From NCBI GenBank assembly GCA_020725175.1, contig DYFM01000002.1, positions 36,880-100,879 on the forward strand: 64,000 nucleotides of DNA, given 5' to 3'. A model generated the notes under the pieces. It made no database searches. It was not told the origin of the DNA and saw nothing but the letters and a program-made list of their open reading frames with translations. Shown piece by piece: positions 9,509 to 18,681 of this stretch (its first letter is position 1; each line of letters begins with the position of its first letter). The translations under genes and the position numbers were made by a program. Origin of the DNA: Candidatus Paceibacter sp. Lineage in GTDB: Bacteria > Patescibacteriota > Patescibacteriia > Magasanikbacterales > UBA922.

Positions 9509-9635
9509 TCTCCACCCAAGGCAGCCTGTCCGCCTCGGGTGGAGATCAGCCTCCAGCTGACAATAAATAAAATAAATCCATCCTAAGGATAAGATGTGCA
9601 TTCTCCGACCCAGACGGATCCGCCCTGGGTGGAGA
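9509..9635. repeat. two related hairpin-forming ~37 bp segments (TCTCCACCC...GGGTGGAGA) immediately 3' of tRNA-Arg
   Basis: 9509-9546 and 9602-9635 share about 70% identity; each is an inverted repeat with a 9 bp stem. Confidence 0.4.
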
Positions 9636-9740
9636 TTCGTGCTGAGGCCACGCCACCTGATGGTGGAAATTCCAAATTGTAAGATACAATTTCCAAACTA
9701 GTGAGTTTTGCGACTTCCACACTTTTTTACTAAATCCCAC

Positions 9741-10748
9741 GTTTCACGTGAAACAAATATGAAGCGACTTGTATTAGCAACAAAAAATCCAGCGAAGGTA
9801 CGTTGATATAAGGCGTTGTTGAGAGGTGTGCCTGGATTGAATTTACTTTCATTGGCAGATTTTCCTACTACTCCGCCTGTCGAGGAGCCATTTATGACCG
9901 CTGAGGAAAACGCGTGACACAAGGCCAAGGAATACAGTCGTTTGCTTAACGAGGATGTCCTTACAATTGATGAAGCTTTGTCTGTTGATTTTCTTTCCGA
10001 TGAAGAGCAGCCTGGTGTACATGTAAGGAGAGTCGATCGGTCGAGCGAAGCGACAGATCAAGAAATCTATAATTACTGGAAGGGAAAAGTTGCTCAGGCC
10101 GGCAGAGAATGTGCAGGCTACTTTAGACAAGCACTCTGTATTTGCACAGTAAGTGGGATTCTCTTTGAGAAAACTACTGATAGACATTTCTTTTTTGCCA
10201 ACCCACCCTCCTTTCACTATTCTCCCAGCTATCCTTTTTCTGTTTTTAGGTTTGATCCAGGAGCGCAGAAGACGTATTCTGAGTTTTCTGACGAGGAGAA
10301 GTATGAAGTAGATAGAAAAGATTTGCACTGCATCTACTCTTTGATTGAAGAATTTTTGAGAGCTAAGTAATTTTGTATACAATATTGTAGACAAATTCCT
10401 AGAAGTGGGAATTTTTTGTTTCATATGAAACATTTTTTTATTATAAAATGTAAATTTTACGGCTCAACTGTCCGTTAATGGCCAAACTAATACGTTTCAC
10501 GTGAAACATATATCGTTTAGTAACTTATCTGTTGATCATGTAGGGATATGAAATTGAGTATTGTTTCACGTGAAACATGTTTAGTGATTTGAGAAATTTA
10601 ATTATAGATACAGATGATAAATAGTTCAGTTGGTTAGCCGGTCATATATTTTCTAGCGAGCTATTAGTTAATTATACATCAAGTGACACATTAGTTGTGT
10701 GGGAGTCTAGAAAGGTTCTTCATAATGTTTCATGTGAAACAAGTAAAT
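9741..10748. promoter_or_regulatory. five copies of a 14 bp palindrome, GTTTCA(C/T)(G/A)TGAAAC, scattered around the rdgB remnant
   Basis: Perfect GTTTCACGTGAAAC at 9741, 10494 and 10563; variants GTTTCATATGAAAC at 10417 and GTTTCATGTGAAAC at 10735. The first lies 14 nt upstream of the rdgB ATG. Confidence 0.5.
9768..10370 (+). pseudogene. rdgB: dITP/XTP pyrophosphatase (RdgB/HAM1) homolog with two in-frame TGA codons and a degenerate active site
   Basis: 'MKRLVLATKNPAKVR*YKALL...LSLADFPTTPPVEEPFMTAEENA*HKAKE' aligns to the RdgB N-terminus (GNxGKxRE ... FxENA). The C-terminus 'FRFDPGAQKTYSEFSDEEKYEVDRKDLH' aligns to 'FGYDPIF..FAE(M/L)..EEKN.ISHRG.AL'. The catalytic 'ADDSGL' is degenerated to 'TIDEAL'. 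Confidence 0.6.
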
Positions 10749-10790
10749 TGGGATAACTCTGTGGATAAGTGGATAACTCTGGGGATAAAG
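10749..10790. promoter_or_regulatory. cluster of DnaA-box-like 9-mers
   Basis: GGGATAACT, TGTGGATAA (perfect TTATCCACA complement), GTGGATAAC and GGGGATAAA in tandem, followed by a 100 bp stretch that is more than 80% AT. Confidence 0.4.
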
Positions 10791-11363
10791 TAGTGTTGGT
10801 GTTGATAAGAAAGGAAGTGTTTGTAGAACAAGCTGATTAAAAACATTAATAAATTAAAAAAATACTTTAATTTGAATATATAATGCAGTCGTACAATATA
10901 TATAGAAATAGAAGTGTGTTGTTCAAAAAATATTCTTTACTACAATGTGTCATGGTGGTTCGTGGAGCTATTTTAGTTTTTAGTTTATTTTTAGTTATGG
11001 CGGGTAAGCAAGCGGATATGTACCACGGGAAACCATTATCTTTATGAATTTTATCTATTTTTTATGATGCTGACAGAGGCTTCTTGCTATCTATTCTTTT
11101 TTTAGAACTGACAAGACCAAGTACACTTGGGGGGTCTATATCGTAGATTGGGGTTGTATATCACTCTTATGCTTATTGTTTATATGGTATTGGCGAGTTT
11201 CTTTTCTGTCGCAAATAATTTTTAGTTCAAGGTAGAGACCGATTGGTTATGGAAATATACGTGTGGTACGTCCGTTATTCTTTTAATATCAGTTGTGCTG
11301 GGCGGGGTGTATCGTACTTGTGAGGCGAAAATCTGATCAGCTGCTTTCATCTTTAGTCTAGAA

Positions 11364-13127
11364 ATGGTATACTATGTTCGTTCATATTATTCTTCTATGT
11401 TGCTTGAAAAAGAATTAAAAACAATTGTGACTGATTACCTACATCTTTCCAGTAAAGACCTTTTAGGTTATGAGAAGCAAGCGAAGAAGATTAATAAACC
11501 ACTTGAACAATATTTACTTGATGAAAATATTGTTGGTGAAAATGATTTATATGCGGCTGCGGCAAAATTGTTTGAAGTGCCATTTGTTTCTTTGAAAGGA
11601 AAAGAGATTAAGAAAGACACATTGAATCTAGTGCCAGCTCCGATGGCACAGACACATCACTTGATTGCGTTTGACAGTAATAAAAATGAAGTATCATTGG
11701 CTCTCTTGGATCCGGAAGATATTGAGACCATTGAATTTATTCGTCGGAAAACTGGATTAAGTCCAAAAATTTTCTTAGCAACACCGAGTGATATCAAGAC
11801 TGCACTTCGTCGATATCATGCGGACCTGGAGCAAGATATTAATATTGTGCAAATTTCTGATACAGATGGAGAAGATGGTTCGCAGGATTTGAAAAAAGCA
11901 GCCGAAGAACTACCGGTCGTAAATATTGTAAACAGTATTGTTGAACATGCGGTCTATGAAGACGCGAGTGATATTCATATTGAACCAACTGAAACAGAAG
12001 TAGTGGTACGTTACCGTATTGATGGAGAACTCCACCCGGTGATGTCACTTCCAAAAGCTGTCCAAAGTGGTATAGTGGCGCGTATCAAAGTATTGTCAAA
12101 CTTGAAAATTGATGAACACATGGTACCGCAGGATGGGCGATTTAAAATACAGGTACAGGAAGAAAAGTATGCCTTTCGTGTTTCCATTATTCCGGTGTAT
12201 GACGGAGAAAAGATTGTGATGCGTTTGCTGAACGAAGGACAGAAACCACTCACACTTGATCAGTTGGGATTTTTACCAAGTGTGCAGGAAATTATCAATC
12301 GCTCCATTAGTAAACCGCACGGTATGGTGATTGTAACCGGGCCAACCGGATCCGGTAAAACCACGACGTTGTACTCAATGCTCGGAATGCTCAATCAACC
12401 AGATGTCAACATTTCGACCGCCGAAGATCCGGTGGAATATCATGTAAAGGGAGTAAACCAGAGCCAAATGAATCCAAAGGTTGGGTTTACGTTTGCGGCA
12501 GCACTTCGATCATTCCTTCGTCAGGATCCGGATATTATTATGGTAGGAGAAATACGTGACCAAGAAACCGCCGAGATTGCTATTCATGCGGCGATGACCG
12601 GTCACTTGGTATTGTCTACCCTTCATACCAATGATGCGCCAACGACAATTCCACGTTTGCTTGATATGGACATTCCACCGTTTTTGGTGGCGTTTACGAT
12701 GAATGTGATTATTGCCCAACGTTTGGTGCGACGGATTTGTCAGTATTGCAAAAAGGAATATCATTTGGAAAAAGACGCGATCAAAGAATTGGAACGGTTA
12801 TTTAACGTCGATAAATTGACGAAGTTGTTTCTTTCACAAAAGCTGGATTTGAAAAAAGAGGAAAAGACATTGCAGTCGATGACTTTTTACCGAGGTGAAG
12901 GTTGTGGGCGTTGCAATAACTCTGGATATAAAGGACGGGTGGGTATTTATGAGGCACTGGAGATGGATAAAAAATTGATAGAAATGGTAAACGCTCGTGG
13001 GACTGCGGAACAAATCAAAGACTATGCCGTAGCGCAAGGAATGGTCACGATCATGGAAGATGGGCTTATTAAGGCGAAGCAGGGAGTGACGACGATTGAA
13101 GAGGTATTGAGGGCGACACGAGAGTGA
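11364..13127 (+). CDS. pilB: type IV pilus assembly ATPase PilB (GspE family)
   Basis: GSPII_E N-terminal domain, Walker A 'VTGPTGSGKTTTLYS', Asp/His boxes, C-terminal tetracysteine motif 'CQYC...CGRC'. Confidence 0.9.
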   Translation: MVYYVRSYYSSMLLEKELKTIVTDYLHLSSKDLLGYEKQAKKINKPLEQYLLDENIVGENDLYAAAAKLFEVPFVSLKGKEIKKDTLNLVPAPMAQTHHLIAFDSNKNEVSLALLDPEDIETIEFIRRKTGLSPKIFLATPSDIKTALRRYHADLEQDINIVQISDTDGEDGSQDLKKAAEELPVVNIVNSIVEHAVYEDASDIHIEPTETEVVVRYRIDGELHPVMSLPKAVQSGIVARIKVLSNLKIDEHMVPQDGRFKIQVQEEKYAFRVSIIPVYDGEKIVMRLLNEGQKPLTLDQLGFLPSVQEIINRSISKPHGMVIVTGPTGSGKTTTLYSMLGMLNQPDVNISTAEDPVEYHVKGVNQSQMNPKVGFTFAAALRSFLRQDPDIIMVGEIRDQETAEIAIHAAMTGHLVLSTLHTNDAPTTIPRLLDMDIPPFLVAFTMNVIIAQRLVRRICQYCKKEYHLEKDAIKELERLFNVDKLTKLFLSQKLDLKKEEKTLQSMTFYRGEGCGRCNNSGYKGRVGIYEALEMDKKLIEMVNARGTAEQIKDYAVAQGMVTIMEDGLIKAKQGVTTIEEVLRATRE

Positions 13128-13470
13128 TGGTGAAATAACGAAATCAGTCTCCGCTGCGCTGCGCCTGACAAGTTGTGAAATAACGAAATATAGTGCGGTT
13201 TTACACGCGGCCGCTCATGGGGAATGTGAGATTACGTCTATAGCCATTGCCTATAATGATATTGCGAAAAAAAGAAATGAAAACCAAACAGTGTATCCGT
13301 GTCCATCTGTAAGCAAGTATTATACGAAAGTTATCTCCGATCACGAATAAATGCAGATATATTGATAATTGAAAATGGAGTTGTTGTTGATCGAATCAAA
13401 TTACTTGATATGATGAGTCGTCCATGGCCGAGCGTAGGTGGGGTATAATAAGTTCGTTGATTATGTATTA

Positions 13471-13486
13471 TGTGATATATGTCACA
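13471..13486. promoter_or_regulatory. CRP/FNR-type palindrome TGTGA-N6-TCACA
   Basis: TGTGATATATGTCACA matches the canonical CRP half-sites exactly; it overlaps the first ATG of the 13479 ORF. Confidence 0.3.
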
Positions 13487-13796
13487 TAACACATATAAAT
13501 TTATGCAACAAAAGTCACATACACTGCCAAAGCGTGTTGGAGTAAAAGTACCAATGATTATTTCTCTGTTTGCATTGATTGGTTTCGGTTCTGTGGTGTT
13601 GTCCTCTGTCCCCTTATTACCGGCATTCAATGAAAGGAACCCAAATGCTTGGCAGCAGAATAATTATTGTGCTGCCATCGGTGCTTTTCCGGGGAAGGAG
13701 TGTAATGGTGGTATATACTGTGACGCCTCCTGTAAGATAAAACAATTGTTTACCCCAATTCCTTACACAGTCGAAGGGGGTGTGAAAACTACATAG
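13479..13796 (+). CDS. small secreted Cys-containing hypothetical protein (true start probably an internal Met)
   Basis: Signal/TM segment 'MIISLFALIGFGSVVLSSVPLL' followed by a Cys-containing tail. Confidence 0.3.
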   Translation: MSHNTYKFMQQKSHTLPKRVGVKVPMIISLFALIGFGSVVLSSVPLLPAFNERNPNAWQQNNYCAAIGAFPGKECNGGIYCDASCKIKQLFTPIPYTVEGGVKTT

Positions 13797-13813
13797 TTTC
13801 CATAGGAGATAAG

Positions 13814-15043
13814 GTGGATGTTGGAAATAATATGAATATCCGGATTGAAAGCATTGAAGAAAAAGCAAATACAAATTATGGAATTCTTGTAAGGTATTCT
13901 GTTTGGGGCAAAGATTCTGTATCAAATGTATGTTCTACTATGGATGCTGGTGGAGAATTTTGGACAAACCTTGCTGGTTATCAGTTTCGAGAGTTTACCG
14001 ATTCGTTTATAGTGCTAACGGAAGTTGATAAGAAAAAAGTAACTCTGACAAAATATACCGGAAAACAGGCAAAGAAAAAATGTCTTGAGCTGGCAGATTG
14101 GAAGAAACAAATAGCATGCAACTTGTATCCAGATGATGATCGGGAGTATGTTGAAAATAATACTTTTCGAATTTACCAGACAAAAGGCACACCATTCTAT
14201 GACACACAATTTGTTTTACTTGCGCTAGAAAATTGTTATAATAAAATGAAACAAATTTTTCCAAATATTAGCTACAGACATGCCAAAGCAAATCGATTTC
14301 AGGTATATCAAAGTGAGGGAACGTGGCCATCAGCTGATTATGAGAGAATTAGTATTCCTCAGTATATATTGAATACATATGAGTATGAATCAAAATTAAT
14401 AGGTATAGAAAATTTATATCCAAAAATACAGGATAATTCCTGCCCTTTTTCTTTCGACTTTATTCCACATGAATTAACCCACCTAGTGTTTGCGGATACT
14501 TTTTTACAGCGGCCGTATGATGGTTACCTGGCAACTGAAGTAACAGAAAAAAAAAGCATTCCCTCACTTAATGAAGGATTCGCTGAGTTTGTTCCTTATT
14601 TAATTGCAAAAAAACAACCTGATGTTGTTGCTAAATCATATATTGATCAACGGACAAAGTTTTGTGGAAAAGACGCGCTGTTGGATGTTGATAATATGGG
14701 CATTCCGGATGAGCAATTGTTATACAAAAATATTTTAGAAGGAAATGGATATTTGCAATCTCACTACAATATGGGCTTTTGTTTCTACAAACGAGTTGAG
14801 GATGAATGTGGTGAAGAGGTGTTGACAGGACTCATAAATGAAGAGGTTCTTATAGCAGGATCAATTCGGAGTTATCCATCTTTTTTTGGTAAACTGGCTA
14901 ATTCTTGTGGGAAAGAAAAAATACAGGAAATTATGACGGACTATGGATTTGATGTAGGACTCATAGATGTGCACCGTCAAATCCCGAACACCGGCTTCTC
15001 TTCTGGGCAGCAAGTAATGGGGTGTACATTATCAAGATCCTGA
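13814..15043 (+). CDS. putative gluzincin-type zinc metallopeptidase (M1-like HExxH...NEGFAE)
   Basis: 'FIPHELTHLVFADTF' HExxH motif, then about 25 aa later 'SLNEGFAEFVPY', resembling the M1 'WLNEGFA' third zinc ligand motif; sits between pilB and pilC. Confidence 0.45.
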   Translation: MDVGNNMNIRIESIEEKANTNYGILVRYSVWGKDSVSNVCSTMDAGGEFWTNLAGYQFREFTDSFIVLTEVDKKKVTLTKYTGKQAKKKCLELADWKKQIACNLYPDDDREYVENNTFRIYQTKGTPFYDTQFVLLALENCYNKMKQIFPNISYRHAKANRFQVYQSEGTWPSADYERISIPQYILNTYEYESKLIGIENLYPKIQDNSCPFSFDFIPHELTHLVFADTFLQRPYDGYLATEVTEKKSIPSLNEGFAEFVPYLIAKKQPDVVAKSYIDQRTKFCGKDALLDVDNMGIPDEQLLYKNILEGNGYLQSHYNMGFCFYKRVEDECGEEVLTGLINEEVLIAGSIRSYPSFFGKLANSCGKEKIQEIMTDYGFDVGLIDVHRQIPNTGFSSGQQVMGCTLSRS

Positions 15044-15050
15044 AATCACT

Positions 15051-16163
15051 ATGAAACAAAAAAAAGAACCATCGGCATTTGAAAAAAAGATGAACGATTT
15101 TATCGCTCAGTATTTGACGTCGGTGCCGTTGGTGCAGAAATTGTTTTTTGTGGATCACTTGCGCGTGATGGTGAAGGCGGGATTGTCTCTCATTGAGGCA
15201 CTTGATGTCATGAGTAAAGAAATGGAGAATGCAAAGTTGAAATTGGTGGTGGGAGAGTTGAAAGCAGATGTGGAAAAAGGAACACAGCTCAGTGAAGCCA
15301 TGAAAAAACATCCGAAAGTTTTTCCGACCATGTACATTCATATGATTGAAGCCGGGGAAGTGGCTGGAAAAATGGAAGAGGCACTGGAACAAGTAGAAAT
15401 TCAAATGCGTAAATCACACGAACTCACATCGGCGGTGCGAGGAGCCATGATTTACCCGGCTGTGGTGTTGACAGCGATGTTGTCGGTTGGTGTCATGATG
15501 GCAGTGTTTGTGCTCCCCAAATTACTGGAAGTGTTTAAAGAGTTTGATGCAGAATTGCCACTTATGACACGCATCCTCATACAAGTAATTGATGTTACAA
15601 AAGAACCTCTCAATATGGTCATGATTGTAGGAGTACTGGTTGGACTTGTGGCCGCATTTATTTATGGATTGAAAAAAAGTCCCGGGTTCAAGCATGGGGT
15701 GCACACGATGAATGTGCATTTGCCGATAGCCGGAAAGATTATCAAAAAAATAAATTTAGCCCGATTTTCATTAACCCTTTCATCACTTCTGAAAAGTACC
15801 ATTCCTATTATTGACGCGACCGACATTACCGCGGAGACGTGTGGGAATGTATTGTATCGAGATGCATTACACAAGGCGGCGGAAGAGATAAAAACCGGCA
15901 AACCGTTGTCGGAAATATTAAGTCGATACGAGAAATTGTTCCCCCCAATGGTAACAGAAATGGTAATGGTCGGTGAGCGTTCAGGACAAGTGGACCAACT
16001 ACTCGAAGAGTTGGCAAATTTTTATAATGACGATGTTAGTAAAACTATGAAAAACTTTTCGACCATTATTGAACCGGTTATTATTTTGATTTTGGGTGTC
16101 GCGGTGGCAGTGATGGCTGTGGCGGTGATAATGCCGATGTATTCGCTTGCGCAGAGTTTTTAG
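15051..16163 (+). CDS. pilC: type IV pilus inner-membrane platform protein PilC (GspF family)
   Basis: Two T2SS-F repeats, three TM helices, conserved 'EAGE.AG' motif. Confidence 0.85.
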   Translation: MKQKKEPSAFEKKMNDFIAQYLTSVPLVQKLFFVDHLRVMVKAGLSLIEALDVMSKEMENAKLKLVVGELKADVEKGTQLSEAMKKHPKVFPTMYIHMIEAGEVAGKMEEALEQVEIQMRKSHELTSAVRGAMIYPAVVLTAMLSVGVMMAVFVLPKLLEVFKEFDAELPLMTRILIQVIDVTKEPLNMVMIVGVLVGLVAAFIYGLKKSPGFKHGVHTMNVHLPIAGKIIKKINLARFSLTLSSLLKSTIPIIDATDITAETCGNVLYRDALHKAAEEIKTGKPLSEILSRYEKLFPPMVTEMVMVGERSGQVDQLLEELANFYNDDVSKTMKNFSTIIEPVIILILGVAVAVMAVAVIMPMYSLAQSF

Positions 16164-16165
16164 GA

Positions 16166-16345
16166 TGTTACGGATTACGGATAATACGGAGATACGGATA
16201 ATTGTTTTGCAAAGTAAGCTGGTAGGTAGAATAGGTAGAGTAAGCTTATAAATTGTATCTAGCGTACTCTGCTTACTCTGCCTACTTGCATATTCTGCCC
16301 CAACACAATATCCGTAACTCCGTATTATCCGTAATCCGTAACATT
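16166..16345. repeat. palindromic oligo-repeat element (ACGGATA/TACGGAG arms, GTAAGC/GCAGAGTA core)
   Basis: GTTACGGATTACGGATAATACGGAG...CTCCGTATTATCCGTAATCCGTAAC inverted arms, with an internal GTAAGCTGGTAGGTAGAATAGGTAGAGTAAGC / GCTTACTCTGCCTACTTGC palindrome. Confidence 0.65.
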
Positions 16346-16363
16346 CAATAGTAGCTCGAACAT

Positions 16364-17473
16364 ATGTTGTTCCAACCATTCCCCAACGCCTTTGGCATTG
16401 ATATCAGTGACCTTTCCATTAAAGTGGTTCAGCTTCGTGGTGGGTCGATGTTTGGGAAGAAAAAAGAATATGAACTGGTAACTGCCCGATCAATGGCTTT
16501 GCCGCCGGGATTAATTGAAAATGGAGAACTGAAACAACCGACGGCTGTTTTGAAGTATATTCGTCGCGTGTTGGATGGCAATGGATCTTCGGTTAAGCCG
16601 ATAAAAAGTCCTTGGGCGGTGGCATCCTTGCCAGAATCACAAAGTTTTTTAAAAGTACTCACTATTCAAAAGCCGGCTGATGACATTTTGGAAGATGATG
16701 TGGTTTTTGTCGCGCAAAAACATATTCCATTTGAGCCGGATACCTATTATCTTGATTGGCAAGTTCTTGCGACCCACGCCAATGCGGTGGATAAAACATC
16801 TGTCTTGGTAGCTACCATATCGAAGACTGTTGCTGATACATATACTACTCTTTTGGAAGAAGCTGGTCTTGGGGTGGTTGCACTTGATACTGAAACATTG
16901 GCAAATACTCGAGCCATGATGCTCGCGACTGATGTGACGAAGCAGGAAACAATTGCGTTTCTTGACCTCGGTGCGGATCGATCAAGCGTAACAGTACTGG
17001 AAAAAGGGGTAATACGGTACAGTATCAATTTGGTTTTTTCCGGGGAACAACTCACTAATCACTTGATGCAAAAATTGAAAATACCATATGAAGAGGCCGA
17101 ACGAGAAAAGCGCATCGTGGGAGTCGCGTATGCGAAGGGTGAGAAGGGAAAGGAAAAAAAACAAAAAGCAATTTGGAGTGAAAATATGAAGGCGGTAGAA
17201 GAATTGGCGGTAGAAGTGGAACGAGCGCTCCACTATTACTATTCACATTTTGATAAAACAAGTAAGGTTACCAGAATTGTTATGTCAGGAGGGGCGGCAC
17301 AAATGAAGGGTTTGGGGAGCGTACTAGAGGAGCAGTTGAAGGTACCGGTTACACTAGGAGATCCGTGGACGCATGTTCGCAAAGCAACCGACCTTGAGTG
17401 TTACCGTCAGGGTTGTGCATATTTTTCTACCGCTCTTGGTTTGTCTATTCGTGCATTGGAGAGTCCGTTATAG
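16364..17473 (+). CDS. pilM: type IV pilus assembly protein PilM (actin-like ATPase fold)
   Basis: PilM-type N-terminus 'FGIDISDLSIKVVQL', 369 aa, position directly after pilC. Confidence 0.75.
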   Translation: MLFQPFPNAFGIDISDLSIKVVQLRGGSMFGKKKEYELVTARSMALPPGLIENGELKQPTAVLKYIRRVLDGNGSSVKPIKSPWAVASLPESQSFLKVLTIQKPADDILEDDVVFVAQKHIPFEPDTYYLDWQVLATHANAVDKTSVLVATISKTVADTYTTLLEEAGLGVVALDTETLANTRAMMLATDVTKQETIAFLDLGADRSSVTVLEKGVIRYSINLVFSGEQLTNHLMQKLKIPYEEAEREKRIVGVAYAKGEKGKEKKQKAIWSENMKAVEELAVEVERALHYYYSHFDKTSKVTRIVMSGGAAQMKGLGSVLEEQLKVPVTLGDPWTHVRKATDLECYRQGCAYFSTALGLSIRALESPL

Positions 17474-17538
17474 CACGAAGGGTGTGCTATTAACAGCGTG
17501 TTTGTTATTACTAAGAATCATCGTGTTGGTTTGAAGTA

Positions 17539-18117
17539 GTGTGTGAAGTTGTGATATTTCATTATATGTATCTTCCATCCATCAATTTACTTTCACCGGA
17601 AAAACGACAACATATTCGACATATGGGAACGTTGCAGTTTTTCAAGAGTATACTTGAAATCGGGCTTGTCATGTTGAGCGTGGTGAGTATTATTTTGGTT
17701 GGGGGATGGTGGATACTACAACAACATTTTCGAGACCTTACGGCACAGTTGACAGCTGTCGCAGATACGTACGCGATAAGTAATAAAAAAATTCACGATG
17801 TAAATGAGGCAGTGCAGCAGGCGTATGAACTGCAAAAACGTCATACGATTTGGACACCGCTTTTGGCTGAAGTATCAAACGCACTTCCCTCCGGGATCGT
17901 GCTGTCTCACTTGACGCTCAATACCTCAAACAACAGTATTGGATTTATCGGAACAGCGAAGACTCGGGATGATTTGCTAAGGTTTGAAACAGATATAGAG
18001 GAACTGCCGTTTATCGGGGAACTCATAATTCCGCTCAATCAGTTGGCAGAAAAAGAAAACATTTCATTTTCTCTCTCAGCAGAACTTGTACTGGATACAG
18101 ATAAGAAAAAGAAGTAA
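17539..18117 (+). CDS. pilN: PilN-like pilus assembly protein
   Basis: Single N-terminal TM plus coiled-coil periplasmic domain; gene order pilM-pilN-pilO. Confidence 0.55.
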   Translation: MCEVVIFHYMYLPSINLLSPEKRQHIRHMGTLQFFKSILEIGLVMLSVVSIILVGGWWILQQHFRDLTAQLTAVADTYAISNKKIHDVNEAVQQAYELQKRHTIWTPLLAEVSNALPSGIVLSHLTLNTSNNSIGFIGTAKTRDDLLRFETDIEELPFIGELIIPLNQLAEKENISFSLSAELVLDTDKKKK

Positions 18118-18126
18118 TCTATCTCT

Positions 18127-18681
18127 ATGGTAATTACACCAAAAAAACAATTGATTTTGTTTAATCTGGTAATGATTCTTGTGGCAGTAGGAATAATCGC
18201 CCTGGTTGTTGTACCATATGTTGGTAGTATAGGTGATATGCGTCAAGATATTGCGTCCACTCAAGAAACACTGGAGGCCAGACGTGCCCATGTGGTAGAG
18301 TCGCGGCGATCCATTCAGGAATTACCGGCGGTAGAAGAATCAGTAAAAAAATATCAAGAAATGACCATTCGAGTTGGGGATGAGTTGGCGGTAATTACCA
18401 CCTTCGAGCGGTTGGCAGCTGAGCACGGTATAGAGCAGCAGCTATTACCTTCGTTTGTTGAACAAAAAGGCGGAAAACAGCAACATCCGTATCCTTACTA
18501 TGAATTTCAATTTGTTAATAGTGGTACGTATGAACAGCATGTGAAATACCTGCGTTCGTTAGAGCTCTTGCCATATTATGTGATGATTGATAGTATGCAG
18601 TTTGAACGTGCAAAGGGAAAGCAAGGAGACTCTCCTGATCTTATTACTCGATTTACCGCCCGTGTCTATGCGACTCCGTAA
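18127..18681 (+). CDS. pilO: PilO-like pilus assembly protein
   Basis: N-terminal TM, coiled coil, about 180 aa, position after pilN. Confidence 0.5.
   Translation: MVITPKKQLILFNLVMILVAVGIIALVVVPYVGSIGDMRQDIASTQETLEARRAHVVESRRSIQELPAVEESVKKYQEMTIRVGDELAVITTFERLAAEHGIEQQLLPSFVEQKGGKQQHPYPYYEFQFVNSGTYEQHVKYLRSLELLPYYVMIDSMQFERAKGKQGDSPDLITRFTARVYATP

Noticed and set aside
9768-10370. Alternative genetic code (UGA = Gly, code 25, as in Gracilibacteria/SR1), suggested by two in-frame TGA in the rdgB homolog
   Set aside because: Most long conserved genes in the window terminate cleanly at TGA. For example pilB ends TGA and is followed three codons later by another TGA. Protein lengths match their families under code 11. 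The rdgB homolog also has a degenerated active site, so a pseudogene is the simpler explanation.
9849-10433. 194-aa minus-strand ORF overlapping the rdgB remnant
   Set aside because: It is antisense to a sequence with clear RdgB homology and has a low-complexity composition, so it is probably not coding.
16166-16345. CRISPR array (short repeated units such as ACGGATA, GCAGAGTA, TAAGAT)
   Set aside because: The units are 6-8 bp, arranged as inverted palindromic arms without 25-40 bp unique spacers, and no cas genes are present. They are hairpin-forming oligo-repeat elements, not CRISPR.
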